Shown: positions 7,552 through 16,458, numbered from the stretch's first letter. The stretch: 24,218 nt of DNA from Leidyana gryllorum EB-2025a (GCA_048772705.1 JBLWGC010000018.1:1-24218), one strand, 5' to 3'. Program-made: numbers and translations. Notes: a model not told the origin generated them from the sequence alone.

Positions 7552-7622
7552 GCATCTGTGGTTTAGTGGTAGACTGTGTCGTTGCCACCGAGACGACCCA
7601 GGTTCGATTCCCGGCAGATGCA
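7552..7622 (+). pseudogene. tRNA-Gly(GCC) variant lineage, probable pseudogene
   Basis: TGTCG/CGAGA and CCAGG/CCCGG mismatches. Confidence 0.65.
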
Positions 7623-7686
7623 GAGAAGATGGCACATGGTTGAGTTTCATGCGTGAGTTGGTGTTTGACCCTCCGATCACATCGCA

Positions 7687-7768
7687 CGACAACTGCTGGA
7701 TTTGAACCAGCGCGGGCGAGGCCCAGTAGATTTCTAGTCTACCCCCTTAACCACTCGGGCAAGTTGCC
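7687..7768 (-). tRNA. trnS: tRNA-Ser(AGA)
   Basis: Intact cloverleaf. Confidence 0.92.
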
Positions 7769-8072
7769 GCTGTCGAAGTTGGCATTTTGCGGCCAGTGGC
7801 TTCACATACGGTTCCGCGAGCTTTACTGGGACCGCTCGCGCCGCCCAAACCCGCGGATCTCCCTTCAAAAGTCTTGCGCTCTACTGACGGAGTTGGGGCG
7901 GCAAGGAAGCTCGCCCCGTACCCGAGGAAGGCCCAAGATTCCACGATCAATACAAATGGAATTGGTTACTAAGTCCGAATCTGTATCAGAGATCCACTCA
8001 CTTCATCACGCCGACATACCATGTTTTCCAAGACGGTACGGCTCTCGGCCGAAGCCCCAACTCAACCACTGG

Positions 8073-8145
8073 TCCATTGTAGTCTAAGTGGCTAGGATAT
8101 GCGGCCTTCACCCGCACGATCCGGGTTCAAGCCCCGGCAGTGGAA
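8073..8145 (+). tRNA. trnE: tRNA-Glu(TTC), variant
   Basis: Loop CCTTCAC (U33C). Confidence 0.7.
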
Positions 8146-8221
8146 GTCATTGAACTACTCTAGCAAAGTGCTCCACTAATCTCCGTCAATAGCAATTGTT
8201 TCGTCATCTCCGGCTTCCATT

Positions 8222-8293
8222 GCCTTCTTAGTTTAGGGGCAGAGCGTTCGCTTCGTAAGTGAGAAGTCGCCGGTTCGATTCCGGCTGAAGGCT
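8222..8293 (+). tRNA. trnT: tRNA-Thr(CGT), variant
   Basis: Loop TTCGTAA; weakened anticodon stem, acceptor mismatch. Confidence 0.65.
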
Positions 8294-8423
8294 CGACTGC
8301 ATCGACTGGGCACCGGCAAGCTGCTCGCAAACTCCAATAATCGTAGGTCAGCCATCAGAGGTAAGTCTCTCAGCCACGAAGTCGCAGGTTTGGAACCTGC
8401 CAGTACCTGAGGCACCCATAGGG

Positions 8424-8480
8424 GGCTGTTTGGTCTAGTTATATTCTTTCTTCGGCTGGAAGAAGTCCTGGGTTCAATGC
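8424..8480 (+). pseudogene. 3'-truncated tRNA-Pro pseudogene
   Basis: D-loop deletion, 3' acceptor replaced. Confidence 0.75.
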
Positions 8481-8593
8481 CACGTCTCTCCAAGGTCGGC
8501 TACTGTACGCGGCTCCCACTCGTACAATCCCGAATGAAGTCCAGACCAGCTGAGACAAAATGTGAGTTGCACCAGTTGTGAGGGCTGGAACTG

Positions 8594-8665
8594 CTCCGAG
8601 ACCGGGAATCGAACCCGGGTCTTCCGCGTGACAGGCGGAAATACTGACCACTATACTATCTCGGA
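8594..8665 (-). tRNA. trnD: tRNA-Asp(GTC)
   Basis: Intact. Confidence 0.93.
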
Positions 8666-8827
8666 CGCTAGTAAACACGCCGGCCTCCAACCCCAGAACT
8701 CCTCGCATTTTGAGATTTCACGGACAGGAAACGGGTAACACTTCGGCAAGATGGCCGAGTGCTGTGTGCAAGCCGCCGTCCGAAAATGCGGGCGGATGAT
8801 CGCAACCATGTTTAAGCTAATGACTGA

Positions 8828-8899
8828 AGCCTCCCGCCGGAATCGAACCAGCGACCTTTCGCTTACAAAGCGAATTCTCTGCCCCTAAGCTAAGGCGGC
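8828..8899 (-). tRNA. trnT: tRNA-Thr(TGT), variant
   Basis: Inverted copy of 6982-7053 with 3 substitutions. Confidence 0.65.
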
Positions 8900-8963
8900 A
8901 TTCCCTGTCTCGACCCATATGAGTTTTTGATGCTGGGAATTGCATCATTTCCACCACATCGCA

Positions 8964-9045
8964 CGACAACTGCTGGATTTGAATCAGCGCGGGCCAGGCC
9001 CAGTAGATTTCGAGTCTACCCCCTTAACCACTCGGGCAAGTTGCC
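8964..9045 (-). tRNA. trnS: tRNA-Ser(CGA), variant
   Basis: Inverted copy of 6836-6917; G53A. Confidence 0.72.
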
Positions 9046-9154
9046 ACCTGTCGAACTCGGCATTTTGCGTCCAGTGATGTTACATACGGTTCAGCAAGCT
9101 TGACTAGGACCCCAAACCGTTGTGAAAAAGTGCCAGCGAGTAAGAGATGTCGTC

Positions 9155-9236
9155 GGCAAGGTGGCCGAGTGGTTAAGGCGGCGGCTTGCTAAGCCGTTGG
9201 GTTTCACCCAGGTGAGTTGAAATCTTACCATTGTCC
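9155..9236 (+). pseudogene. tRNA-Ser(GCT) pseudogene
   Basis: T-loop TTGAAAT, acceptor mismatch. Confidence 0.75.
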
Positions 9237-9339
9237 GTGGCACTCGGGGAGAGCGCAACTGCATGAATGATTGAACTGAGGCTCAACCTCAGATCTTCAA
9301 TAGTGGCACTTCAAGCTCTTAAGCTCAGACTACAACGGC

Positions 9340-9419
9340 TGACAAGAGTGGGATCCGAACCCACGCCCTTTCGGACTGGGACCTGATCACAGCGCCTCAA
9401 ACCACTAGGCCATCTCGCC
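9340..9419 (-). pseudogene. tRNA-Leu(CAG) variant/pseudogene
   Basis: Anticodon-stem mismatch, A58G. Confidence 0.7.
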
Positions 9420-9515
9420 CGAATGTTGTTGGCTCGCCGTTCCACGCGTTTCCTGTCCTTGTGGAATCTCAAAATGGAAGAACGTTGGGGGTAGGAGACC
9501 GGTATGTCCAAAGCG

Positions 9516-9587
9516 TTCGAGATAGTATAGTTGTCAGTATTTCCGCCTGTCACGCGAAAGACCCGGGTTCGATTCCCGGTCTCGGAG
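9516..9587 (+). pseudogene. tRNA-Asp(GTC) variant/pseudogene
   Basis: G18T, anticodon-stem mismatch. Confidence 0.68.
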
Positions 9588-9644
9588 CACACTTAGATGG
9601 TTTCGCTTAAGATTGTCTCCCCTGGTTCTCGCCCAGTTGCGAGC

Positions 9645-9717
9645 CACAGCCACCGAGGATTGAAGTCAGGAGCTGCTGCGTGTGAAGCAGACGTCGTGAC
9701 CACTAGAGGATGGCCGC
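9645..9717 (-). pseudogene. tRNA-Val(CAC) pseudogene
   Basis: Many substitutions in D and T arms. Confidence 0.78.
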
Positions 9718-9780
9718 ACGGAAGGTCCCGCAGACCAAGAGAATTGGCGAGGTTTCACAAAATAGTGAGCACTAGTTTCG

Positions 9781-9852
9781 AGGTCGCGCCGGGAATCGAA
9801 CCCGGGTCGGGAGATTCAGAGTCTCCAGTGCTAACCATTACACCACGCAACC
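9781..9852 (-). tRNA. trnQ: tRNA-Gln(CTG)
   Basis: GGAGA-CTCTGAA-TCTCC; U73; intact. Confidence 0.93.
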
Positions 9853-9970
9853 CATTCAGTCCTTCCCAAAAGAGTTGGTAAAGCCATCCACACTAGCTCT
9901 CCCTCAACTAGATCATCAGGATACGTGTTTCCAGAGACACACGACTTTTTTCCCAGTCCGCAGGCTCCGT

Positions 9971-10042
9971 GCAGCCATGGTCTAGTGGTCACGACGTCTG
10001 CTTCACACGCAGAAGGTCCCGATCCGATCCTCGGTGGCTGTA
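9971..10042 (+). pseudogene. tRNA-Val(CAC) pseudogene
   Basis: B-box damaged (CCGATCCGATCC). Confidence 0.75.
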
Positions 10043-10097
10043 GCTCGCAACTTTCAGCGAGATCCGAAAGAAACAATCCTAAGCGCAACCAACTGTG

Positions 10098-10161
10098 CTC
10101 CGAGACCGGGAATCGATCTTGGTTTTCCGCGTGATAGGCGGAATACTAACCGCTATACTAT
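10098..10161 (-). pseudogene. 5'-truncated tRNA-Asp pseudogene
   Basis: Anticodon ATC, T-arm broken, 5' acceptor lost. Confidence 0.75.
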
Positions 10162-10200
10162 AGCCACGACCGAATGGAGTTGATGCCCGATCACATAACA

Positions 10201-10282
10201 CGACAACTGCTGGATTTGAACCAGCGCGGGCCAGGCCCAGTAGATTTCTAGTCTACCCCCTCAACCACTCGGGCAAGTTGCC
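10201..10282 (-). tRNA. trnS: tRNA-Ser(AGA)
   Basis: Intact stems. Confidence 0.9.
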
Positions 10283-10549
10283 GCTGTCGAACTTGGCATT
10301 TTGCGGCCAGTGGCTTCACATACGATTCAGCGAGCTTTACCAGGACTGCTCGCGCCGCCCGAACCCGCGGTTCTCCCTTCAAAAGTCTTGCGCTCTACCG
10401 ACGGAGTTGGGGCGGCAAGGAAGCTCGCCCCGTACCCGAGGAAGGCACAGGATTCCACGATCAATACAAATGGAATTGGTTACTAAGTCCGAATTTGTAT
10501 CAGACATCCACTCACTTGGTCACGCCGACATACCAGCCTCACTTGAAGC

Positions 10550-10621
10550 GTCCGGGTCGTCTAGTGCTTACAACAGCAAGTTGTGGCCGTGCATACCCAG
10601 GCCCGAATCCTGGCTTGGATA
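10550..10621 (+). pseudogene. decayed tRNA-His(GTG) relic
   Basis: Copy of 1517-1588. Confidence 0.65.
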
Positions 10622-10743
10622 GTATGTCCACCGATGTCTCGAATGGGAGATGTAGGTGAAGCCTGTCCAAACCCACGATCGGGCGTAGCTGCCCATGTCC
10701 TCTCTGGATCGCTACACACTTCCATTTGACGGCTCCGTTAGTC

Positions 10744-10816
10744 GGCGCTATGGCCTAATGGATATGGCATCGGTCTACGGAACCGGGGATTCTGGGTTCG
10801 AGTCCCAGTAGCGTCT
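10744..10816 (+). tRNA. trnR: tRNA-Arg(ACG)
   Basis: Intact. Confidence 0.94.
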
Positions 10817-10917
10817 GGGCGGATGGCCGGGTTGCAGCCTGTTGAGTCAACAACTCAGATCCTGTCTTAGCTGTCCGGGATGGGTCGAGTGCCGTGTTGC
10901 GTCAACAACTATCAGAC

Positions 10918-10989
10918 GGGCTGTTCTGGGTTTCGAACCCAGGACTCCTTCCACCCTAAGGAAGGATCATACCACTAGACCAAACAGCC
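10918..10989 (-). tRNA. trnP: tRNA-Pro(AGG)
   Basis: CTTCC-TTAGGGT-GGAAG. Confidence 0.92.
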
Positions 10990-11203
10990 GCGTAGCCGGT
11001 GGTTCAACCCGCTGGGTACAGTCGAGAGACTCGTCTCACTATGTGAAGTATCACTCAATGCCATGAGAGGCTAGCCCAGATGATGAAACGGTGGCTTAGT
11101 GTACGAAAGGTTCTGGGATTGATTCCCAGCCCATCCGAACTACATAGATGGAACCCTCGCCGGAGTAGTCTAGTTGGCCTATCAACGCTGTCTGCCAAAA
11201 CCA

Positions 11204-11283
11204 TCCGGTGGGACGGAATCGAACCGCCGACTATCTGATGCCAGCACTACAGTCAGATGCTCTACCAACTGAGCTACCCCCGG
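11204..11283 (-). tRNA. trnY: tRNA-Tyr(GTA) with 7-nt intron
   Basis: C1:G72, A73; TCTGA-CTGTAG-[TGCTGGC]-A-TCAGA; G5:A68 mismatch. Confidence 0.88.
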
Positions 11284-11327
11284 CCGTCCAACTGCTCCGG
11301 GGTTCAAAAGGCTCAACCCCAGATCCT

Positions 11328-11383
11328 CGACCTTTCGGGCTGCGGTCTGAGCACAGCGCCTTAGACAACTCGGCCATCTTGCC
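11328..11383 (-). pseudogene. 3'-truncated tRNA-Leu(CAG) (also ~18512-18568)
   Basis: 5' half to variable arm only; G18T. Confidence 0.72.
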
Positions 11384-11513
11384 ACACTGTTGTTGGTTCA
11401 TCCCTCCACGCGTTTTTTGTCCGTGAGCCAAAATAGAAAGACTTCTGGGATTGGAGGCCGGCATGTTCAGAGCGTCCGAGATAGTATAGTGGTTAGTAAG
11501 GGAGATAGATCCA

Positions 11514-11586
11514 CACCGCCCGCGGGGCTCGAACTCGCGACTGCAAGATTGAAAGTCTTGCGCTCTACGGACTGAGCTAGGGCGGC
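11514..11586 (-). pseudogene. tRNA-Lys body with TTC anticodon
   Basis: CAAGA-CTTTCAA-TCTTG; G18C; T-stem mismatch. Confidence 0.72.
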
Positions 11587-11688
11587 AACGAAGCTCTAAA
11601 CTGAGTTACACCCTATTTGCCGTTGGGTGGAGCCCTGGATCCAGTTCGACAGGTGGAACAATGAGCTTCAGTAACTTCCGTTAACATT

Positions 11689-11759
11689 GCCTTCTTAGCT
11701 GGTGGCAGAGCATTCGCTTTGTAAGCGAAAGGTCGCCGGTTCGATTCCGGAAGAAGGCT
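11689..11759 (+). tRNA. trnT: tRNA-Thr(TGT), variant
   Basis: D-loop 1-nt deletion; T-stem end mismatch. Confidence 0.62.
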
Positions 11760-11808
11760 TTGCTCACGAGAGAATCTATTCTATAACTGTTTCCCTGCTG
11801 CGCACACT

Positions 11809-11880
11809 TAGCAGTGCGTCGTTTCGATCGACGGACCTTTGGGTTATGAGCCCAACACTCTTCCACTGAGCTACACTGCT
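11809..11880 (-). tRNA. trnM: initiator tRNA-Met(CAT)
   Basis: A1:U72, GGG/CCC in anticodon stem, ATCGAAA T-loop. Confidence 0.94.
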
Positions 11881-12022
11881 TAGTCTGCAACATGGAAGAG
11901 GTAGCCGAAATGCGATTCTTGAGATGCTAGTATGCCCTGACTGCCCTACCCAAATGCGCTAACGAGGTGGCTGTGTTGGTTCTGAGGGCAACTTGTCCAG
12001 TCGGGTCAACCGACGACCAAGA

Positions 12023-12094
12023 GGGCTATTCTGGGAATCGAACCCAGGACTCCTTCCACGCTAAGGAAAGATCATACCACTAGACCAAACAGCC
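12023..12094 (-). tRNA. tRNA-Pro body with AGC (Ala) anticodon
   Basis: TTTCC-TTAGCGT-GGAAG; otherwise foldable, boxes intact. Confidence 0.72.
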
Positions 12095-12183
12095 GCCTAG
12101 CCGGTGGTTCAACCCGCTGGGTACAGTCGAGAGACTCGTCTCACTATGTGAAGTATTGCTCAATCCCATGAGGTGGGCACAGA

Positions 12184-12256
12184 GGGAGGCTAGCCCAGAT
12201 GATGAAACGGTGGCTTAGTATACGAAAGGTTCTGGGATCAATTCTCAGCCCATCCA
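12184..12256 (+). pseudogene. decayed tRNA-Ala relic (also ~11066-11137, ~18235-18306)
   Basis: 73-nt colinear match to Ala body with GGGATC T-arm. Confidence 0.65.
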
Positions 12257-12350
12257 AGCTACATAGATGGAACCCTCGCCGGAGTAGTCTAGTTGGCCTA
12301 TCAACGCTGTCCATCAGGTTGAATAGTAGTTTGCCGATCACCCCTCTACT

Positions 12351-12430
12351 TCCGGTGGGACGGAATCGGACCGCCGACTATCTGATGCCAGCACTACAGT
12401 CAGATGCTCCACCAACTGAGCTACCCCCGG
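12351..12430 (-). tRNA. trnY: tRNA-Tyr(GTA) with 7-nt intron, variant
   Basis: Same as 11204; T55C and A21G. Confidence 0.72.
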
Positions 12431-12596
12431 CCGTCCAACTGCCCCGGGGTTCGAACGGCTCAACCTCAGACCCTCAACAGTGGCGCTCTCAAGCTCAGGA
12501 GTACGGCACGGATTTCGGGGTGGTCGAAGGTGCCAGACTCGAGTTCCGGTAAGATTGCACGACCTGCGGTGTACCGGCCCGAAGTACTCTCACGGC

Positions 12597-12674
12597 CCGG
12601 GGTGCTTACATTACAACCCATCTGATTGTAGTGGTGGCATCAGATATTCGACGGGTAAATGCCGTCCCACCGGG
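12597..12674 (+). pseudogene. decayed intron-containing tRNA-Tyr
   Basis: TCTGATTGTAG-TGGTGGC-ATCAGA...CCGTCCCACCGG. Confidence 0.72.
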
Positions 12675-12811
12675 AGTTGAGGACTTCTTACAATGTAGTT
12701 CGTCTGAGGCTCCTGTTCCATTCCATACTCCGGCCTTCAACCCCAAAAGTCCTCCCTTCTCGAGACTTCAACAGACAGAAAGCGTGTAAAGTGGCGAGCC
12801 AAGGGCGCTCC

Positions 12812-12891
12812 GGCAATATGGCCGAGTGGTCAAAGGCGCTGTGTTAAGGCCGGAGTCCGAAAGGGCGTGGGTTCGAATCCCACTCTTGTCA
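12812..12891 (+). tRNA. trnL: tRNA-Leu(AAG), variant
   Basis: Loop TTAAGGC; acceptor and anticodon-stem mismatches. Confidence 0.65.
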
Positions 12892-12958
12892 ACGGTTGTA
12901 TTGTATTGAGTCGTCCCCTCTCTTCACCGATAGACAGGTCGTTCGAGTTACATACGGC

Positions 12959-13029
12959 TGCACCTGCCGGGACTCGAACCCGGGTTTCGACCTTGGAAGG
13001 GTCGCATCTTACCCTTAGACCACAAGTGC
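12959..13029 (-). tRNA. trnG: tRNA-Gly(TCC)
   Basis: Intact. Confidence 0.92.
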
Positions 13030-13285
13030 AATTGCGAAAGATCTGCAGCACCCCGAGAGACTCGGGCAATTTCTGCTTCCAGTTGTCTGCAACCTACTCA
13101 AAAACGGGCTGTTCGGGGATCGAATCGAGCACTTCCACAGACGAAAGAAACTGATACCACTAGCACTTCAACTCGACATGCGGGGCAGCGGCTCTCATAC
13201 AGCTAGCAAGCTTGCCTCGGTCGAAACGGAACGTCTTCCGAGTGAGAGGCTATGATGCGGATGGGCTACACGGCACCATTCGCCC

Positions 13286-13358
13286 AGACGCTACTGGGAC
13301 TCGAACCCAGAATCCACGGTTCCGTAGACCGATGCCATATCCATTAGCCCATAGCGCC
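13286..13358 (-). tRNA. trnR: tRNA-Arg(ACG), variant
   Basis: D-stem and anticodon-stem-top mismatches. Confidence 0.7.
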
Positions 13359-13461
13359 GACTAACGGAGCCGTCAAATGGAAGTGTGTAGCGATCAAGAG
13401 AGGACATGGGCAGCTACGCCCGATCGTGGGTTTGGACAGACTTCACCTACATCTGACATAC

Positions 13462-13533
13462 TATCCAAGCCAGGATTCGGGCCTGGGTATGCACGGCCAC
13501 AACTTGCTGTTGTAAGCACTAGACGACCCAAAC
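13462..13533 (-). pseudogene. decayed tRNA-His(GTG) relic
   Basis: Copy of 1517-1588. Confidence 0.62.
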
Positions 13534-13609
13534 AATCTTCAAGTGAGGCTGGTGGGTACCAAAGCCACTTTAGATGTCAGGCTATCGGGTTTTGTGTCCT
13601 TGCTTTCCT

Positions 13610-13682
13610 GCCGCCCTAGCTCAGTCGGTAGAGCGCAAGACTCTTAATCTTGCAGTCGCGGGTTCGAGCCCCGCGGGCGGTG
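13610..13682 (+). tRNA. trnK: tRNA-Lys(CTT)
   Basis: Identical to 1665-1737. Confidence 0.94.
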
Positions 13683-13742
13683 TGGATCTATATCCCTGGA
13701 TGTAAGAATGGAACTGTTGCCTGCAAGGACACTCAGCTGGAT

Positions 13743-13815
13743 TTCCGCTGCCGGGACTTGAACCCGGATCGTGCGGGTGAGAGCCGCATATCCTAGCCAT
13801 TTAGACTACAGTGGA
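13743..13815 (-). tRNA. trnE: tRNA-Glu(CTC), variant
   Basis: One acceptor mismatch. Confidence 0.8.
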
Positions 13816-14031
13816 CGAGACACAACAGTTGCACTGACGAATGAGGCGCCAGAGAACTGTGAGTCGGTCTCAGATGGAAAGTTCACCTAGGTTTGGCGGG
13901 CGGGCGGCTATCTCAAGTGGTAGAGCGGTGACTTTGCACGCGAGAGGTCAGTTAGACATCTATCAATGCCGCAGGGCAGGCTGAACATGGGGGTATTTGG
14001 TCACTTCCGCGACATGTCGAATTCGACAAGT

Positions 14032-14113
14032 GGCAACTTGCCTGAGTGGTTAAGGGGGCAGACTAGAAATCTACTGGGCCTGGCCCGTGCTGGTTCGAAT
14101 CCAGCAGTTGTCG
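14032..14113 (+). tRNA. trnS: tRNA-Ser(AGA), variant
   Basis: GCAGA/TCTAC mismatch. Confidence 0.75.
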
Positions 14114-14272
14114 TGTTATGTGATCGGGCATCAACTCCATTCGGTCGTGGCTGTGCTATATCATTCCAGCTAGTCGCCCGCTGTGCAGACCCCATAGCAT
14201 TTAGTGGTTCTTGACATATTATGACCAGTCTCTCGACTGTACCAGCCATTTGCACCACCGACCGATGGGATG

Positions 14273-14339
14273 GGCTGTTTGGTCTAGTGCTATGACCCCT
14301 CCTCAGGGTGGAGTCCTGGTTCGATTCCCAGCACAGCCC
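14273..14339 (+). pseudogene. tRNA-Pro(AGG) pseudogene
   Basis: Deletions in anticodon/variable region and T-stem. Confidence 0.75.
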
Positions 14340-14526
14340 TCTTGGTCGTAGGTTGACCCGATGGGACAAGTCGCCCCAGAACCAACAAAGCCACCTCGTT
14401 AGCCCACCTCGGTAGGGCAGTCAGGGCAACTAACATCTAGAGAATCGCATTTCGGCTAAGTCTACGACCTTGGAAAGGGGTTCCAAGAGCACAAGTGCCG
14501 TCTAGAGAGTACGGTGCCGCATAACC

Positions 14527-14599
14527 CGGTCCTGGCAGGTTTCGAACCTGCGACTTTGTGGTTAACAGCCACACGCTCTGCCGACTGAGCTACAAGACC
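14527..14599 (-). tRNA. trnN: tRNA-Asn(GTT)
   Basis: TGTGG-CTGTTAA-CCACA; intact. Confidence 0.94.
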
Positions 14600-14951
14600 C
14601 AGTTGCAATGTTCTTCCACCCGAGGAAGAATCATACCACCAGACCAGACAGCCGCCTGTTCAGCCTGCCCCCCTACGGCACTCATAGGTGTCAAATCAGT
14701 CCGCATCTCAAGAACCACATTTCGGCTTTCTTCATGATATCCGACGCTGGAGTAGTGGAACTCAGTGCGAGAGTTTAGGCGTATGACTGCAGGGTCCGAG
14801 GTCTCCTGCAACACCGGTCTCTCTACTGATCTCTGAAATATTTCAACTGGCTCTTGTAGAAAGCGCCCAGCGTAGAGCGTTGGATTTGGGTCGGACAGAA
14901 AGCTCACTTCAATCAATGAAGCAGTTGGGCTTTTTCCCGAGTGCCACCTAC

Positions 14952-15033
14952 CGACAAGGGTGAGATTCGAACTCACGCGGGTTAAACCCAACGGCTTAGC
15001 AGGCCGCCGCCTTAACCACTCGGCCACCTTGTC
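14952..15033 (-). tRNA. trnS: tRNA-Ser(GCT)
   Basis: Intact. Confidence 0.93.
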
Positions 15034-15248
15034 AAGAACGGAACGGGCTACACCTTCCATCGGGAATCCCGTGCGAATTGGTAGTGATGTAGGTACACCC
15101 CCTTCTCGATGTCAGTATTTGCCTTTGGAATGACTGCTTGACGGGATGGAAGAAGGTTGGAGTGGCCGGTTCAGTACCAATCATAAGGCTTTGTTGAACA
15201 CATCAGTCGGCTCCTTCGGCTAGTGACTGTTCACCTCAACTCTGAAGC

Positions 15249-15322
15249 GGTCGCTCATTTCAGGCGGTCAGAGCGTGAGCCTAATAAGTTCTGAGTCCGC
15301 GGTTGGAGCCCGGGCGTCACCT
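15249..15322 (+). pseudogene. decayed tRNA-Ile(AAT)
   Basis: AGAGCGTGAGCCTAATAAG core matches 5132-5205. Confidence 0.72.
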
Positions 15323-15542
15323 TGATATAGAGTTGCCCTGGACCCGAGGAAGCCCCAATATTCCACGACCAATCCGGATGAAATCCGTTATTAAGTCCGA
15401 GCTTCCTTGCCACCCAGCTCAGTCGGTAGAGCGCCAGCCTTTTGAGAGGAGAACCGCGGGTTCGGGTCGCCCGAGAAGTCCTAGTCAAGCTTGCTGAACC
15501 GTATGTGAAGCCGCTGGCCGCAAAATGCCAAGTCCGACAGGT

Positions 15543-15624
15543 GGCAACTTGCCCGAGTGGTTAAGGGGGTAGACTAGAAATCTACTGGGCCTGGCCCGCG
15601 CTGGTTCAAATCCAGCAGTTGTCG
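15543..15624 (+). tRNA. trnS: tRNA-Ser(AGA)
   Basis: Intact. Confidence 0.94.
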
Positions 15625-15706
15625 TGCGATGTGATTGGAGGGTCAGACAACAACTCACGCCTGAAACCCCAGAATGGTACCTCAATCAACCACCTGCCAT
15701 CTTCTC

Positions 15707-15777
15707 TGCATCTGCCGGGAATCGAACCTGGGTCGTCTCGGTGGCAACGACACAGTCTACCACTAAACCACAGATGC
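15707..15777 (-). pseudogene. tRNA-Gly(GCC) variant lineage, probable pseudogene
   Basis: Same mismatches as 7552-7622. Confidence 0.65.
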
Positions 15778-15903
15778 GTGACACCTCCATGCCTGAATAC
15801 AAAGCGAAGGGTCTTAACTACTCCAGGCAGATACATAAAAACCAGGCTCATCGGATACGTGTTTCCAGAGACACACGCCCCTTTCGCAGTCCGGAAGCTC
15901 CGT

Positions 15904-15976
15904 GCAGCCATGGTCTAGTGGTCACGACGTCTGCTTAACACGCAGAAGGTCCCGAGTTCAATCCTCTGTGGCTGTA
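15904..15976 (+). tRNA. trnV: tRNA-Val(AAC), variant
   Basis: One T-stem mismatch. Confidence 0.78.
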
Positions 15977-16028
15977 ACACGCATCTTTCAGGTGAGCATC
16001 ACGAAATCTAGAGCGGAAGACGACCTAT

Positions 16029-16100
16029 CTCCGAGACCGGGAATCAAACCCGGGTCTTCCGCGTGACAGGCGGAAATACTAGCCACTACACTATCTCGGC
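16029..16100 (-). pseudogene. tRNA-Asp(GTC) variant/pseudogene
   Basis: C56T, position-1 mismatch. Confidence 0.68.
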
Positions 16101-16233
16101 CGCTCTGAACACGCCGGCGTCCAACCCAAAAGGTCCTTCCATTTTGTTGTGCAGACCCGTCGCATTTTGTTGATTCTCAACATAGTATGACCACTCTCGC
16201 GACTGTGCTGACCGGGTTGCACGACCGACAGGC

Positions 16234-16304
16234 GGCTGGCGGTCTAGTGGTATGATTCTTCATTCGGGTGCAAGAAGTCCTGGGTTCGGTTCCCAGAACA
16301 GCCC
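16234..16304 (+). pseudogene. tRNA-Pro(CGG) pseudogene
   Basis: Acceptor and anticodon stem disrupted; A58G. Confidence 0.75.
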
Positions 16305-16385
16305 CGTTGGTCGTCGGTTGACCCGACGCTCCACCTCATCTCAAGATGGTACGGCTCTCATCCGAAGCCTCAGCTCGGGCGCTCG

Positions 16386-16458
16386 TCCACTGTAGTACAA
16401 GTGGCTAGGATATGCGGATTTCACCCGCACGATCCGGGTTCAAGTCCCGGCAGTGGAA
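16386..16458 (+). tRNA. trnE: tRNA-Glu(TTC), variant
   Basis: Loop ATTTCAC; D-stem substitutions. Confidence 0.65.

Larger units (their letters stand above)
6600..9281. repeat. inverted repeat, arms ~6600-7287 and ~8594-9281
   Basis: Ser-Ser-Thr-psiLeu-Asp mirrored with reverse-complement spacers. Confidence 0.9.
11689..12470. repeat. Thr-iMet-Pro-psiAla-Tyr module, direct copy ~17755-18510; Pro-psiAla-Tyr-psiLeu-Asp also ~10918-11498
   Basis: Colinear genes and spacers. Confidence 0.88.

Noticed and set aside
11125-11145. CCCATCCGAACT resembling 5S rRNA
   Set aside because: It is the 3' end of a decayed Ala relic; the remainder of 5S is absent.
11895-12020. Recurrent ~130-bp spacer as spliced-leader or snRNA gene
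   Set aside because: No dinoflagellate SL (CCGTAGCCATTTTGGCTCAAG), Sm site or U6 motif was recognised, and copies diverge like ordinary spacer.
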